The notes: generated by a model not told the origin, from the letters alone. DNA of 58,743 nucleotides from a virus (IMGVR_UViG_3300011434_000345:1-58743); one strand, 5' to 3'. Counted from the first letter of the stretch, positions 27,695 to 36,993 are shown. A program made the numbers and translations.

Positions 27695-29013
27695 TGTTTC
27701 GCACCGCGCAAGCCGCCCATGCCCACTGGAGCACCCGTCGCCAACTCCGTCAGGCCGGGCTCTATGCCACTGAGGGGCTCATCCTGGGCACGGCCCACGG
27801 GCGGCTGGTGCGCCACAATGGGCCAGAGCACGCGCTGGTGGTGGCGAGTACGCAGAGCGGCAAGACGGCGAACTTCGTGTATCCCAATCTGTTGACCTGG
27901 CGACAGAGCATGCTGGTGCATGACCCAAAGGAAGAGCTCTTTGCCGAAACAGCGGCCTGGCGCAGCACGTTCTCCCAAGTCGTGCAACTCGCGCCAGCAT
28001 CCTCCCTCTCGCACCACTACAACCCCCTGGATGCGATCCGCCTGGGGACGGAGCAGGAGATCCGGGATGTCCAACTCCTGAGCGAAGCCCTGACGGACCC
28101 GGAAGGGCAGGGGGGCGATAAGCGCAGCGGGGCGAGCCAGCACTTTAGCGAGATGGCGGCCGAGGCGATGGGGGGGCTCATCCTGTATGGGCTCTACACC
28201 CAACGGGCGCGGTCGCTGGGCGCCCTCAACGCCCTGCTCACCGCCACGCCCTTCAAGGCCCTACTGGCAGCGATGAAAGGGTACCCACATGCCGGCATCC
28301 AACGGGCGGCCGCCGTCCTCACGCAGACGGACGGCAGAGACGAGAGTAGCGGCATCTTCAGCACCACGAGTCGCACGTTGCGGCTGTACACCGACCCGCT
28401 CCTGGCCCGCATGACGGACACCAGCGATTTTACCGTGCGGGATCTGCGGGAGCGGGTCCGCCCGATGAGTCTGTACCTGTCGATCTCCTTTGGCGACCAA
28501 GAGCGGCTGCGCGGCTGGACGCGCCTCGTGCTGCGGCAAGTGCTCGATTACTGCGTCTCCAGGAAGGAGGGCTGGACGCATCGGCTGCTGGCCATGATTG
28601 ACGAGGTGCCGGGCTTGAAGCGACTCAATATCCTCACGGATGGGCTCAATTACTTTGCGGGGTATGGGGTCCAGTTGGCACTCATTACGCCGAGCATGAA
28701 GGAACTGGTGGATACCTATGGCGCGAATCATAACTTCCTAGAAGGGTGCAAGATCCAGATCGTCTTTGGCATGCACGACGCCAAAGTGGCAGAAATCTTT
28801 AGCGCCCGCGTGGGGCACACGGAGGTGACGAAGACCAGACAGATGGGACGGCAGCGCGTGAGAGAGCAGGTCAAAGAGGCGCTCTTATCCCCCACGGCCC
28901 TCATGGAGTTGCCGGGGGATTGTGCGCTGGTGATCGTGGGACGCGACAAGGTGATCGCGAAGAAGACCTACTACAAAGCCAATGCGGCCTGGGCCGCAAG
29001 GAGCAGGATGTAG
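27694..29013 (+). CDS. traG: Type IV coupling protein (VirD4/TraG family) lacking N-terminal TM helices
   Basis: EHALVVASTQSGKT..VYPNLLTW..S.LVHDPKEE, YNPLDAIR, TSDF...DL, RLLAMIDEVPGL, YFAGYGV. Confidence 0.92.
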   Translation: MFRTAQAAHAHWSTRRQLRQAGLYATEGLILGTAHGRLVRHNGPEHALVVASTQSGKTANFVYPNLLTWRQSMLVHDPKEELFAETAAWRSTFSQVVQLAPASSLSHHYNPLDAIRLGTEQEIRDVQLLSEALTDPEGQGGDKRSGASQHFSEMAAEAMGGLILYGLYTQRARSLGALNALLTATPFKALLAAMKGYPHAGIQRAAAVLTQTDGRDESSGIFSTTSRTLRLYTDPLLARMTDTSDFTVRDLRERVRPMSLYLSISFGDQERLRGWTRLVLRQVLDYCVSRKEGWTHRLLAMIDEVPGLKRLNILTDGLNYFAGYGVQLALITPSMKELVDTYGANHNFLEGCKIQIVFGMHDAKVAEIFSARVGHTEVTKTRQMGRQRVREQVKEALLSPTALMELPGDCALVIVGRDKVIAKKTYYKANAAWAARSRM

Positions 29014-29015
29014 TT

Positions 29016-29597
29016 ATGTTCAAGCACTACATCAATAAGATAGGCAATAGAACTCTAGTCAAAATAGGATCGAAGGCAGCACAAAGAGAATCACTCACGA
29101 GTGGCCGAATCACGAGAGCCGAATGGCTGCGATTTATGAGCAATATAGTCATGAATGAGCCCTGTTTATGCACGCCAGAAACCCCGCATTTTCATTGGCT
29201 CTGGCAAGGGAAAAGGATCAAAAACTATGGACGATTCATGTGGCGTGGGGTGGGGATATACGCCCATGTCTTTGCCTGGGTAGCATTGCGCGGGGCTCTT
29301 GCGGAAGGCATGGTGCGGGATCACCTCTGCAAGATCAAACATTGCTGCAACCCAGCATGTCTAGAAGAAGTCACGAGCGGAGAAAATACGCGGAGAGGAG
29401 AGACAACGTTAGCGGCGCAACAACTCTTGCAAACACATTGCAAGCGGGGGCATCTGCTCGACGGAGACAATCTCGTGCCCAATGGGCTGCGACGAGGTAA
29501 ACGCTGGTGCAAGATATGTAGAAATGCACGGTCGAAAGAATCAAAACAGCCGCTGCGTCAGCAGGCGCGGCAAGAAAGGGCGAAGAATGCAGCCTAA
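29016..29597 (+). CDS. HNH endonuclease inserted in the transfer operon
   Basis: WLWQG...YGRF...AH..AW...DHLC....CCNP..LE.VT..EN.RRG...THCKRGH; lower GC. Confidence 0.85.
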   Translation: MFKHYINKIGNRTLVKIGSKAAQRESLTSGRITRAEWLRFMSNIVMNEPCLCTPETPHFHWLWQGKRIKNYGRFMWRGVGIYAHVFAWVALRGALAEGMVRDHLCKIKHCCNPACLEEVTSGENTRRGETTLAAQQLLQTHCKRGHLLDGDNLVPNGLRRGKRWCKICRNARSKESKQPLRQQARQERAKNAA

Positions 29598-30021
29598 AAC
29601 TGAGTTTATACTGACAAGTGCCATACTGGCAGTTTCGTGTGCTTCCTATGCTTTTGGAAATACGGGGCTTCCCTGGGAGTCGGGATTGCAGACCGTAGCC
29701 AACAGTATTTCGGGGCCAGCCGGGGGCGCGGTGTGTACGGCCGGGATTGCCTGGTCCGGCTTTAATTGTTATCGCGGGACGGAGCACGGCAAAGAAGCCC
29801 TCATTAGCGCGGGCTTTGGCACGGGTATTGTGATGGGCTCGCCGCGCATTGTCTCGCTCCTCGGGGGCGGGGCCAGTGGCGCAGGGCTCGACGTGGCCCC
29901 CCTCCTCCCCCTGGCGACGGTGCTGAGTGACCTCGTGGGCGAACTGCTCGGGCATGGCGTGTACGCGGCCTGGCTATTTGGCGGGCTGCTGCTGCCCCTC
30001 GCATGGAGGAAACAGGGATGA
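29587..30021 (+). CDS. trbC: TrbC/VirB2 pilin
   Basis: Signal peptide, then GLPWESGLQTVANSISGP and hydrophobic segments. Confidence 0.8.
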   Translation: MQPKTEFILTSAILAVSCASYAFGNTGLPWESGLQTVANSISGPAGGAVCTAGIAWSGFNCYRGTEHGKEALISAGFGTGIVMGSPRIVSLLGGGASGAGLDVAPLLPLATVLSDLVGELLGHGVYAAWLFGGLLLPLAWRKQG

Positions 30022-30287
30022 CCGACATCCCCGGCTTTGCAGCGCCGTGTTACCACAGCCTGACCCAGCCGCACCTGCTGGCGGGGGTGCCCCGGAGCTT
30101 CTTCATTCTGGACGTGGTAGCGATGATGCTCTGGGGCTTGTGGTGTCTGGTCTATCCGGCGCTGTGGCCGGGGGTATTCGTGGGCATCACCGTGTACGCC
30201 GTGGTGTGGTGCGGCACCAAGTACGATACGGACTTTTTTGACATCCTCATCGAGCACGTCGGGCACGCGCATCACTACGAAGGGTAA
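30018..30287 (+). CDS. trbD: TrbD/VirB3
   Basis: IPGF..P.YHSLTQP.LLAGVPR, two TM segments, K.D..FFDIL..H. Confidence 0.88.
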   Translation: MTDIPGFAAPCYHSLTQPHLLAGVPRSFFILDVVAMMLWGLWCLVYPALWPGVFVGITVYAVVWCGTKYDTDFFDILIEHVGHAHHYEG

Positions 30288-30293
30288 CGAGGT

Positions 30294-32552
30294 ATGTGGT
30301 TGAAGGAAGTACGGAAAGAGCACCATCGGCTCTCCGAGTTACTGTTCTGGGATTGCCTGGAAGACGCCCCGGGCGTGGTCCTCCAGAAGGACGGCAGCCT
30401 GCTCGCCGTGATCCGGTTCCGTGGCCCGGACCTGGCGTCCGCGCTGGACGCTGAGCTGGTCGCGCAGGCCGCCCGGCTCAATACCCTGTGCAAGCGCTTC
30501 ACGAGCGGCTGGGCGCTCTTCAGCGAGGCCCAGCGCCGGGAAGTGCGGACCTACCCCGCGGCCACGTGGCCGGACCCGGTGAGTCGCCTGGTGGATCAGG
30601 AGCGCCGCCAGCATTTCACGGCCCCTGAGCGTCACTACGAGACACACACGTATCTTACCCTCGTCTACGCGAAGCCTCGGGAAGCCGTCAGCATGTGGAG
30701 ACGGTGGTTGTTCGACAATCTTCCGAGCACCGACCCGGATACCCATACGCTGGGGTATTTTGTAGACGAGGTGCAGCGCACGCTGGATCTGCTCCGGGAC
30801 TGTTGTCCAGAAGCCGACCTCCTCACCGCCGAGGAGACCACGCCAGGGCAGTCGCCCCTTCTCACCTATCTGCATAGCACCGTGAGTCCCACGGCGCATC
30901 CGGTGGGCCTGCCCGCCGAGACGAGCTATCTCGATACCCTCCTCACCGACACGGACCTCTACACCGGCCTGTATCCGAGTTGGGGCGATCCGCAGGACCC
31001 ACTCACGTTCGCGGGGTATCTCGCATGTCTCAGTGTGCGCAGCTATCCCGACGCCACGTATCCAGGCATCCTCGATGTGCTCAATCAGTTGCCGATGGCC
31101 TACCGGGCGGTCCTGCGGTATCTGCCCCTCGACGCCCCCCACGCGGCGCGGGAGATTTACAAGTACCGCCGCAAGTGGTTGGGGGCCACCAAGCGCACGA
31201 GTACCCTCCTGGCGGAAAAATTCAGCAAGCAGCCGAGTGCCCTGGTGGAACACGCAGCCGTCGCGTACATGGACGAAGGGGGTGAGGCGCAAGCGCAGGT
31301 GGAGCATGGGTATGTGAGCTTCGGGTATCTCAGCAATACGATTGTCCTCTGGGATAAGGGATTCGAGACGCTGAGCCGGAAGGTCAAAGACGTAGAAGCA
31401 GCACTGACGGGCCTGGGGTGCGTGGTGAAAGTCGAGGACCTGAACGCCTGTGCCGCCTGGCGGGGCACGATTCCCGGCGATGTGTACAGCAACGTGCGGC
31501 GGCCCCTCTTGCACTCGATGAACCTGGCGCATCTGCTACCCGCGACGGCCCCGTGGAGTGGCCCGCAGGAGAACACGCATCTGCACGGGCCGCCGCTGCT
31601 GCGCACGACCGGACGGGGGCAGACCCCGTTTAACCTCGATACCTACGAGGGGGATGTCGGGATGGCCTACATCGCAGGCCCGATTGGCAGCGGCAAGTCC
31701 ACGCTCCTCGCCACCATGGTCATGGCCTGGCTCAAATACCCCGGCGCCGAGGTCAAAATCTTCGACACCGGGCAAAGCCTCCGCTGCGCCACGTATGCCA
31801 TGGGTGGACAGTGGTACGACGTCGCCGCCGAATTGAAACGGCAAGCAGGGCAGCAGGGCGCCCGCCTCGATGATCGCGCGACGAAGCCCTGGGGCGCGCC
31901 CTGGATGCCCCCGACCGCGCGGTGGCAGTGTTTCGAGATGGAGGACCTCTTAAAGACGCCCGACGTGCTGCCCACGGTCATGGGGCCACTCCTCCAGACC
32001 CTCAAGGAACGCATGACGGGCGCCCCCACGCTGTTTGTCTTTGACGAAGGACATCTCTATTTGAAGCAGCAGGTGCTCATGGATGGCATTGACGACTATA
32101 TCCGTGGGCTGCGGAAGAAGAACGGGGCCGTGCTTGTCGCGACCCAGAGCATTGCCGATGCGACCCGCAGCGCCCTGGCCCCGATCATCAGTGACTCGGC
32201 GATGACGCGGTTCTTTCTCGCCAACTTTCATGCCCTCGAGCACGACACCGCAGCACTGTACGAGGGGTGGGGGCTGAACGAGCGTGAAAGGCAGATCATC
32301 GCCGGGCTCGTGCCCAAGCGTGAATACTACTACCAGGGGCGGCATGGACGGCGAGTCTTTGAGCTATCGCTCGGGCCGGTCGGGCTGGCGTTCGCCGGGG
32401 CCAGTCGCAAGGCGGACCTGGCGGCGATGACGGCACTGTACCAGGGAGACCCCATGCAATTTGCCCTCGACTGGCTCCATGCACGGGGCCTGCATCATGA
32501 GGCCGATTATCTCAAGAGTGAAGGGTATGCAACGAAGGAGAAGGCTCTATGA
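30294..32552 (+). CDS. trbE: TrbE/VirB4 ATPase
   Basis: PGVVLQKDGS...FRGPDL.SA, D.ERR..F..HYE, W.G.IPG..Y.NVRRP, Walker A GPIGSGKS, Walker B FVFDEG, LRKKN..V..ATQS. Confidence 0.95.
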   Translation: MWLKEVRKEHHRLSELLFWDCLEDAPGVVLQKDGSLLAVIRFRGPDLASALDAELVAQAARLNTLCKRFTSGWALFSEAQRREVRTYPAATWPDPVSRLVDQERRQHFTAPERHYETHTYLTLVYAKPREAVSMWRRWLFDNLPSTDPDTHTLGYFVDEVQRTLDLLRDCCPEADLLTAEETTPGQSPLLTYLHSTVSPTAHPVGLPAETSYLDTLLTDTDLYTGLYPSWGDPQDPLTFAGYLACLSVRSYPDATYPGILDVLNQLPMAYRAVLRYLPLDAPHAAREIYKYRRKWLGATKRTSTLLAEKFSKQPSALVEHAAVAYMDEGGEAQAQVEHGYVSFGYLSNTIVLWDKGFETLSRKVKDVEAALTGLGCVVKVEDLNACAAWRGTIPGDVYSNVRRPLLHSMNLAHLLPATAPWSGPQENTHLHGPPLLRTTGRGQTPFNLDTYEGDVGMAYIAGPIGSGKSTLLATMVMAWLKYPGAEVKIFDTGQSLRCATYAMGGQWYDVAAELKRQAGQQGARLDDRATKPWGAPWMPPTARWQCFEMEDLLKTPDVLPTVMGPLLQTLKERMTGAPTLFVFDEGHLYLKQQVLMDGIDDYIRGLRKKNGAVLVATQSIADATRSALAPIISDSAMTRFFLANFHALEHDTAALYEGWGLNERERQIIAGLVPKREYYYQGRHGRRVFELSLGPVGLAFAGASRKADLAAMTALYQGDPMQFALDWLHARGLHHEADYLKSEGYATKEKAL

Positions 32553-33316
32553 AAAAGGGTGGACTGTCCTTGCTATTCCTCGTGGTGCTGCCGGGCTTCG
32601 CCCATGCAGGCGGCCTCCCGGTCTACGACGGGGTGGCTGATATCACTGCCAAATGGAATGCGATACAACGAACGGCGGCCGAAGTGCGCGCCTACGCACA
32701 ACTCATCAAGAGCTACGAAAACGACATACGCGGCGTCTACAACACGGGGGAAATGGTCTATCAGGGCTCGAAGCAGCTTGTGTCGATGCCGAAAGACCTC
32801 TCCGTCATGGGCCTGCTCTACCATTACGATAGTGCCGCCGCCCGCCTTACTGGCATGGTCAGCACCTCGACCACGACCATGGGCCGCATTTACGACCAGG
32901 TAGGCACGGTGGCTACGGCCGAGGGCCGCGCCACGCTCCTCCAAGACATGCAGACAGAACGGACCCGCCTCATGCAAATCCTCATTGTCGCCAAGACCGA
33001 CCAGCAGTGGATTGCCGACGCCCAAAAACGCCTGCGGGACATCGCGCAGGCGGCCACCGACGCCGAGGGACAAAAAGCCGTGGCGCAGGCGATTGCCCAA
33101 GCCGCTGCCATGCAGGCCGCGCACACCAAGCAGGTGCAGGCATGGGATGAGGCCGTGGCGAAAGTGGCGCTGCTCGAGAAGTTGGAGCAGCAGGCCCTCC
33201 GCGAGGCCCAGGCCCTGAAGGCCCAGGAGGACGCCAGGAGCTGGTATGCCACGCGGCCGATGGCACTCCCAGGGAACTTTCACGGCTTCATGCTGACCCC
33301 GCAGGGAGGACGCTAG
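32549..33316 (+). CDS. trbJ: TrbJ/VirB5-like protein
   Basis: Signal peptide (AHA), GLPVYD, Q/A-rich helices, AEGQ.AVAQA; lies between trbE and trbL. Confidence 0.65.
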   Translation: MKKGGLSLLFLVVLPGFAHAGGLPVYDGVADITAKWNAIQRTAAEVRAYAQLIKSYENDIRGVYNTGEMVYQGSKQLVSMPKDLSVMGLLYHYDSAAARLTGMVSTSTTTMGRIYDQVGTVATAEGRATLLQDMQTERTRLMQILIVAKTDQQWIADAQKRLRDIAQAATDAEGQKAVAQAIAQAAAMQAAHTKQVQAWDEAVAKVALLEKLEQQALREAQALKAQEDARSWYATRPMALPGNFHGFMLTPQGGR

Positions 33317-33319
33317 CGT

Positions 33320-34267
33320 ATGCTGTTGTTCGATCTCCTCAGTGCGTTCCAGGCCGTGCTCAGTCTCGGCATGCACACTGCAGGCCCGGTGACGGCCCGC
33401 TTGTTTATGCTCTTGGCCACCCTGGAAATGGCCGCCCTCGGGCTGTGGTGGGTGTACAGCCATGACAACACCATGGGTCTGGTCATGTTCCGCGTGCTGA
33501 CGATTGCTGTGTTCCTGTGGCTCATGCAAGACTGGCAGACCATCACGGGCGCGATGCAGGAGAGTTTTATGCGGCTGGGCCTCCTGGTGGGCGGCAATCA
33601 GCTCGGCATGGGACCGATGCACAAGGCTGGCATGGCCCTCATCGAGAAAGGCCAGGAGTTGTTTCTGGCCATCCAGGGCAAGACGCTGGACCCGACCTGG
33701 CTGCAACATCTCGGCAATACGGTGAGTGACCTCACCCTGGGGCCGACGGGCTGGAGTCGGCTCATCCTGGCCTGGATGGTCCTCTTCGCGTTCCTGATTG
33801 CGGGGATTCACGTCTTTGCGGTGCAGCTGGAATTTGTGTTCTGTAGCGCCATGGCGTTTATCACCATCCCCTTTGCGGTCTGGCACCGCACGGCCTGGGT
33901 CAGTGAACGCACCTTTGGCGCGGTGGTGGGCTCGGGCCTGAAGCTGGCCTTTCTCTACATGCTGGCGAGTGCGAGTATCCCGGTACTGCGACAGTATGTC
34001 GCCCCCGCCGTGCCCACGCAGCAAGACAGCCTGTCTATGCTCGGCGCGGGGGGGTTGATCTTGTTTCTGCAATGGGGTGCCCACAAGCTGGCCAGTGGCA
34101 TCCTACACGGCATGCCGTCTTTTACCCAGAGCGATGTATTGCCCCCCATGCGCTCGGTGGTCTCGCTCGGGACAGTGGGGCTGGCAGCCGGGGCACGCGG
34201 CCTCACGAGCGCGGCCCACGGGGCGGCACGGCTGGGCAGTCTGGTTGCCCAGCGAAGGAGACCCTAA
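33320..34267 (+). CDS. trbL: TrbL/VirB6 inner-membrane channel protein
   Basis: Polytopic; LEF......ITIPFAVW..T.W.SERTFG.VV.SGLKL. Confidence 0.88.
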   Translation: MLLFDLLSAFQAVLSLGMHTAGPVTARLFMLLATLEMAALGLWWVYSHDNTMGLVMFRVLTIAVFLWLMQDWQTITGAMQESFMRLGLLVGGNQLGMGPMHKAGMALIEKGQELFLAIQGKTLDPTWLQHLGNTVSDLTLGPTGWSRLILAWMVLFAFLIAGIHVFAVQLEFVFCSAMAFITIPFAVWHRTAWVSERTFGAVVGSGLKLAFLYMLASASIPVLRQYVAPAVPTQQDSLSMLGAGGLILFLQWGAHKLASGILHGMPSFTQSDVLPPMRSVVSLGTVGLAAGARGLTSAAHGAARLGSLVAQRRRP

Positions 34268-34404
34268 TGCGCAAGACCCTCTGGACAAGCGTGAGAATCC
34301 TGGGCTGGGCCGCGTGGGGCGCAGGCATAGGCATTGTCGCCCTGCTCGCCATTCCGGTCGCGATCCTCTGTCTACTGCCGAAACAACGAGGGGGGTGGCT
34401 ATGA
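34267..34404 (+). CDS. 45-aa membrane peptide between trbL and trbF
   Basis: TAATG and ATGA coupling on both sides; ILGWAAWGAGIGIVALLAIPVAILCLL. Confidence 0.5.
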   Translation: MRKTLWTSVRILGWAAWGAGIGIVALLAIPVAILCLLPKQRGGWL

Positions 34405-35072
34405 TCGCCCCCAACGTGACCCCGACCGGCACGCTCGACACGCCCGCCATGCGCGGCAAGCGCCACCGCGCCGACGAGCTAGGCGAGCGGGTCATGATCG
34501 CCCGCAACTACCGCTATGCCCTCTATCTGGCGCTGCTCGGCAACCTCCTGGCCCTGGGGGTCGTGGGCCTCCTCGTCCAGCGGCCCCGCGATGTGGTGTA
34601 CATCGAACGCGATGTGCCCACCGGGGGGATGCAGGTGCTCGCCACCGGGGAGCGCCCTCCGGCCCTCAGTGAGGCGACCATCAAGAAAGAACTGCGGGAG
34701 TTCGTGCAGACCATGCGCCGGGTCCACGACGCCAAAGCCCTCATGCAAGAGGAGTGGAAAGCCCTCTTTAAGAAAGTCACGCCCCGCGGCTATCGGCAGC
34801 TCAGTGCCGAGGCCAGCGCCATGAATCCCCTGGCACTGGAGGGCACCATCACCGTTGAGATACTTCAGGTGCTGAAGCGCGATGAACGGGCCTACGACCT
34901 GCGGTGGAAGGAGACGCGCCTGAGCAACGACGGCGGGCAGATTGGCCAGCACACGTATCGCGGGCTCTTTCTGTGGGTGCCCCGCGACCCCAAGCAGCCC
35001 GTGAGCCTGGATGTCCTCACGGCCAACCCTTCTGGTGTCGAATGGGACACCTGGTCCTGGAGCGAGGAATGA
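34401..35072 (+). CDS. trbF: TrbF/VirB8
   Basis: TP..RG.....E.GE....ARNYR, one TM helix, L..FV...R, Y.LRWKE, NPSG.....SWSEE. Confidence 0.85.
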   Translation: MIAPNVTPTGTLDTPAMRGKRHRADELGERVMIARNYRYALYLALLGNLLALGVVGLLVQRPRDVVYIERDVPTGGMQVLATGERPPALSEATIKKELREFVQTMRRVHDAKALMQEEWKALFKKVTPRGYRQLSAEASAMNPLALEGTITVEILQVLKRDERAYDLRWKETRLSNDGGQIGQHTYRGLFLWVPRDPKQPVSLDVLTANPSGVEWDTWSWSEE

Positions 35073-36286
35073 CCCAACCCCTGACCCCGCGACGGCCCGG
35101 GCGTGCGGTCACACGGTTCAGTACCCGCGCCCTCCTGGTGGGGGGCGCCCTCCTGGTCCTCCTCATCCTCGGCGGCGTCCTCCTGCCCCTGACGTGGCAG
35201 CGGGGCACGCCCGCCGTCGCCACGGAGCCGCCTACCCCTCAGCGTCTGAGCGTGCCTGAGGTGATCACCCGGCCGCTGCCCGCACGGATGACCCCTACCG
35301 CCGCCCCCATTGTGCAGGACCCCGTGCCCATCATCCAGGCGCAGCCGGATACGACGCCCGACACCGGGCGGGTAATCCGGCAGCAGAGTTTCCTGGAGAC
35401 GCTCAACCCGTTTGCCACGCAGGCGGTCCCGGTGCCGAAGGAGCCGCCGGCCGCGCAGACATCTCCCTCACCAACAAGCAAGGCAACCCCCACCGCCCCG
35501 AAGGAGCCTCCGCCGCGCAAAGGCTGGGCGGTCTTGGCGACACCCAAGCAACGCGAGCCGCAGCCGGGCATGACGCCGGTGGGGCTCCCAGGGCATGAGG
35601 AGAGGCCCTCTGAGATCCCCGTCGCCACGCAGGGGCAACATGGGACAGGCGCAGCGCAGAATCTCATCCAGCCTGCCCGCTGGGCGATCCCCGCGCAACC
35701 GCTGAAGACGATCTACCGCAGTCAGACCTTGACGGGCAGGCTGTTGCAAGCAGTGAATAGCGACATCCCTGGTGGGCAAGTGAAGATGCAGTTGACCACG
35801 CCGGTCCTAGATCGCTTTGGCTACGATACGGTCATCCTGCCGAAAGATACATTGATTATCGCGAGCCAGGATACCGCAGTTCGGTACGGAACCACGCGCC
35901 TCGGCCTCAAGATAGAGCAGTTGGAGCTGCCCTCTGGGGAAGTCATTGCGGTGCAAGCGATGGTCGGGGATCAGAGTGGAGCCAACGGGGTGCCAGGGAA
36001 GGTGAACAATCACCTGGGGAAAGTCATCCTCGCCACAGGGTTGTCGGCCATCCTCAATATCGGGGTACGGACGGCCACAGGGACGCCTGGCGCGGGACAA
36101 TTCTTCCAAAATCCGATCCAACAAACCGGAGCGGATATTGGGCAGGCGGTCCAGCGGGATACCCAGAGCATCATTGACAGGGAACTCAGGGTACCCCCGA
36201 CAGTGACCATTCCAGCGGGAACCTTCTGCACCATCAACTTGACGGAGAATATCACCTTTGCCAGACCACCAGTGATGGCACGCTAG
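35069..36286 (+). CDS. trbI: TrbI/VirB10
   Basis: TM helix, Pro-rich linker, L..AVNSDIPG, VILPKDT.II, DQSGANG..G.VNNH, VPPTVTIPAG. Confidence 0.88.
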   Translation: MTQPLTPRRPGRAVTRFSTRALLVGGALLVLLILGGVLLPLTWQRGTPAVATEPPTPQRLSVPEVITRPLPARMTPTAAPIVQDPVPIIQAQPDTTPDTGRVIRQQSFLETLNPFATQAVPVPKEPPAAQTSPSPTSKATPTAPKEPPPRKGWAVLATPKQREPQPGMTPVGLPGHEERPSEIPVATQGQHGTGAAQNLIQPARWAIPAQPLKTIYRSQTLTGRLLQAVNSDIPGGQVKMQLTTPVLDRFGYDTVILPKDTLIIASQDTAVRYGTTRLGLKIEQLELPSGEVIAVQAMVGDQSGANGVPGKVNNHLGKVILATGLSAILNIGVRTATGTPGAGQFFQNPIQQTGADIGQAVQRDTQSIIDRELRVPPTVTIPAGTFCTINLTENITFARPPVMAR

Positions 36287-36293
36287 GAGCCCT

Positions 36294-36986
36294 ATGCGAA
36301 AAACTACCCATCTCTTCATCTGTGCACTTTTCCTCAGTGGCTGCACCCTGGCTCCCGAGCCCGTGCCCCCAACGCTCCCGATGCCGGAGCCAGCGCCTGT
36401 GGCAAGTGACACTTTTGCCCCGCCCTACTGTCCGCTGGACCGGGTAGAAATTGCGCTGCTGCCCCGCGAGGCCGCGATTCGTCCCTTTGCGAAGCCCATT
36501 GCAGCCCTGGAGAAGAAAGCCCCCAAGCCCCAGACCCCTGCCCAGCTCGTCACCCACGCGCAGCAGGCGGCACGGGTCGAGCCCAGCGAGCGCGGCTACC
36601 ACGGAGGCAGTGGGGAACAGGTGTATCAGTGGGCAGCAGGGAAGGTGTACACAGTCTATCTCTCGAAGCAGCAAGGCACCGGGATCTTCCTGCCGCTTGG
36701 GGAGCGGCTCGTGAGTGGCTTGTACTTAGATCAAGATGCGTTTGAGGTCAAGACGGAACGGGCTGGGACCGGCGATGCGGCGTATGATGCGCTCACGGTG
36801 CGGCCCCTCACGGACCGTGGGGAAGTCTCGACATTTGTGCTGACGGAGTCTGGCAGGCGCTACTTGCTCCATTTTGTGGTGGGGCAGACGGGCATGTTGG
36901 CCGTCACCTTCGAGGGGTTGCCTGTCGCAACACCGGTGCGAGTCGCCGCAGAGCCGCCACTGATCCTGCCACGGCCGACCCCCTGA
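36294..36986 (+). CDS. trbG: TrbG/VirB9-like lipoprotein, C-terminally shortened
   Basis: Lipobox LSGC; A..AARVEP...GY....QVY.W..G.VY.VY......T.I.L..GERL, V.T..RRYLL. Confidence 0.75.
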   Translation: MRKTTHLFICALFLSGCTLAPEPVPPTLPMPEPAPVASDTFAPPYCPLDRVEIALLPREAAIRPFAKPIAALEKKAPKPQTPAQLVTHAQQAARVEPSERGYHGGSGEQVYQWAAGKVYTVYLSKQQGTGIFLPLGERLVSGLYLDQDAFEVKTERAGTGDAAYDALTVRPLTDRGEVSTFVLTESGRRYLLHFVVGQTGMLAVTFEGLPVATPVRVAAEPPLILPRPTP

Positions 36987-36993
36987 GCCAGCC

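Larger units (their letters stand above)
24957..36986 (+). mobile_element. MOBQ + Trb-type (MPF-T) conjugation module embedded in the phage
   Basis: Contiguous, co-oriented traD-like, oriT, mobA, traG, trbC, D, E, J, L, F, I, G. Confidence 0.9.
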
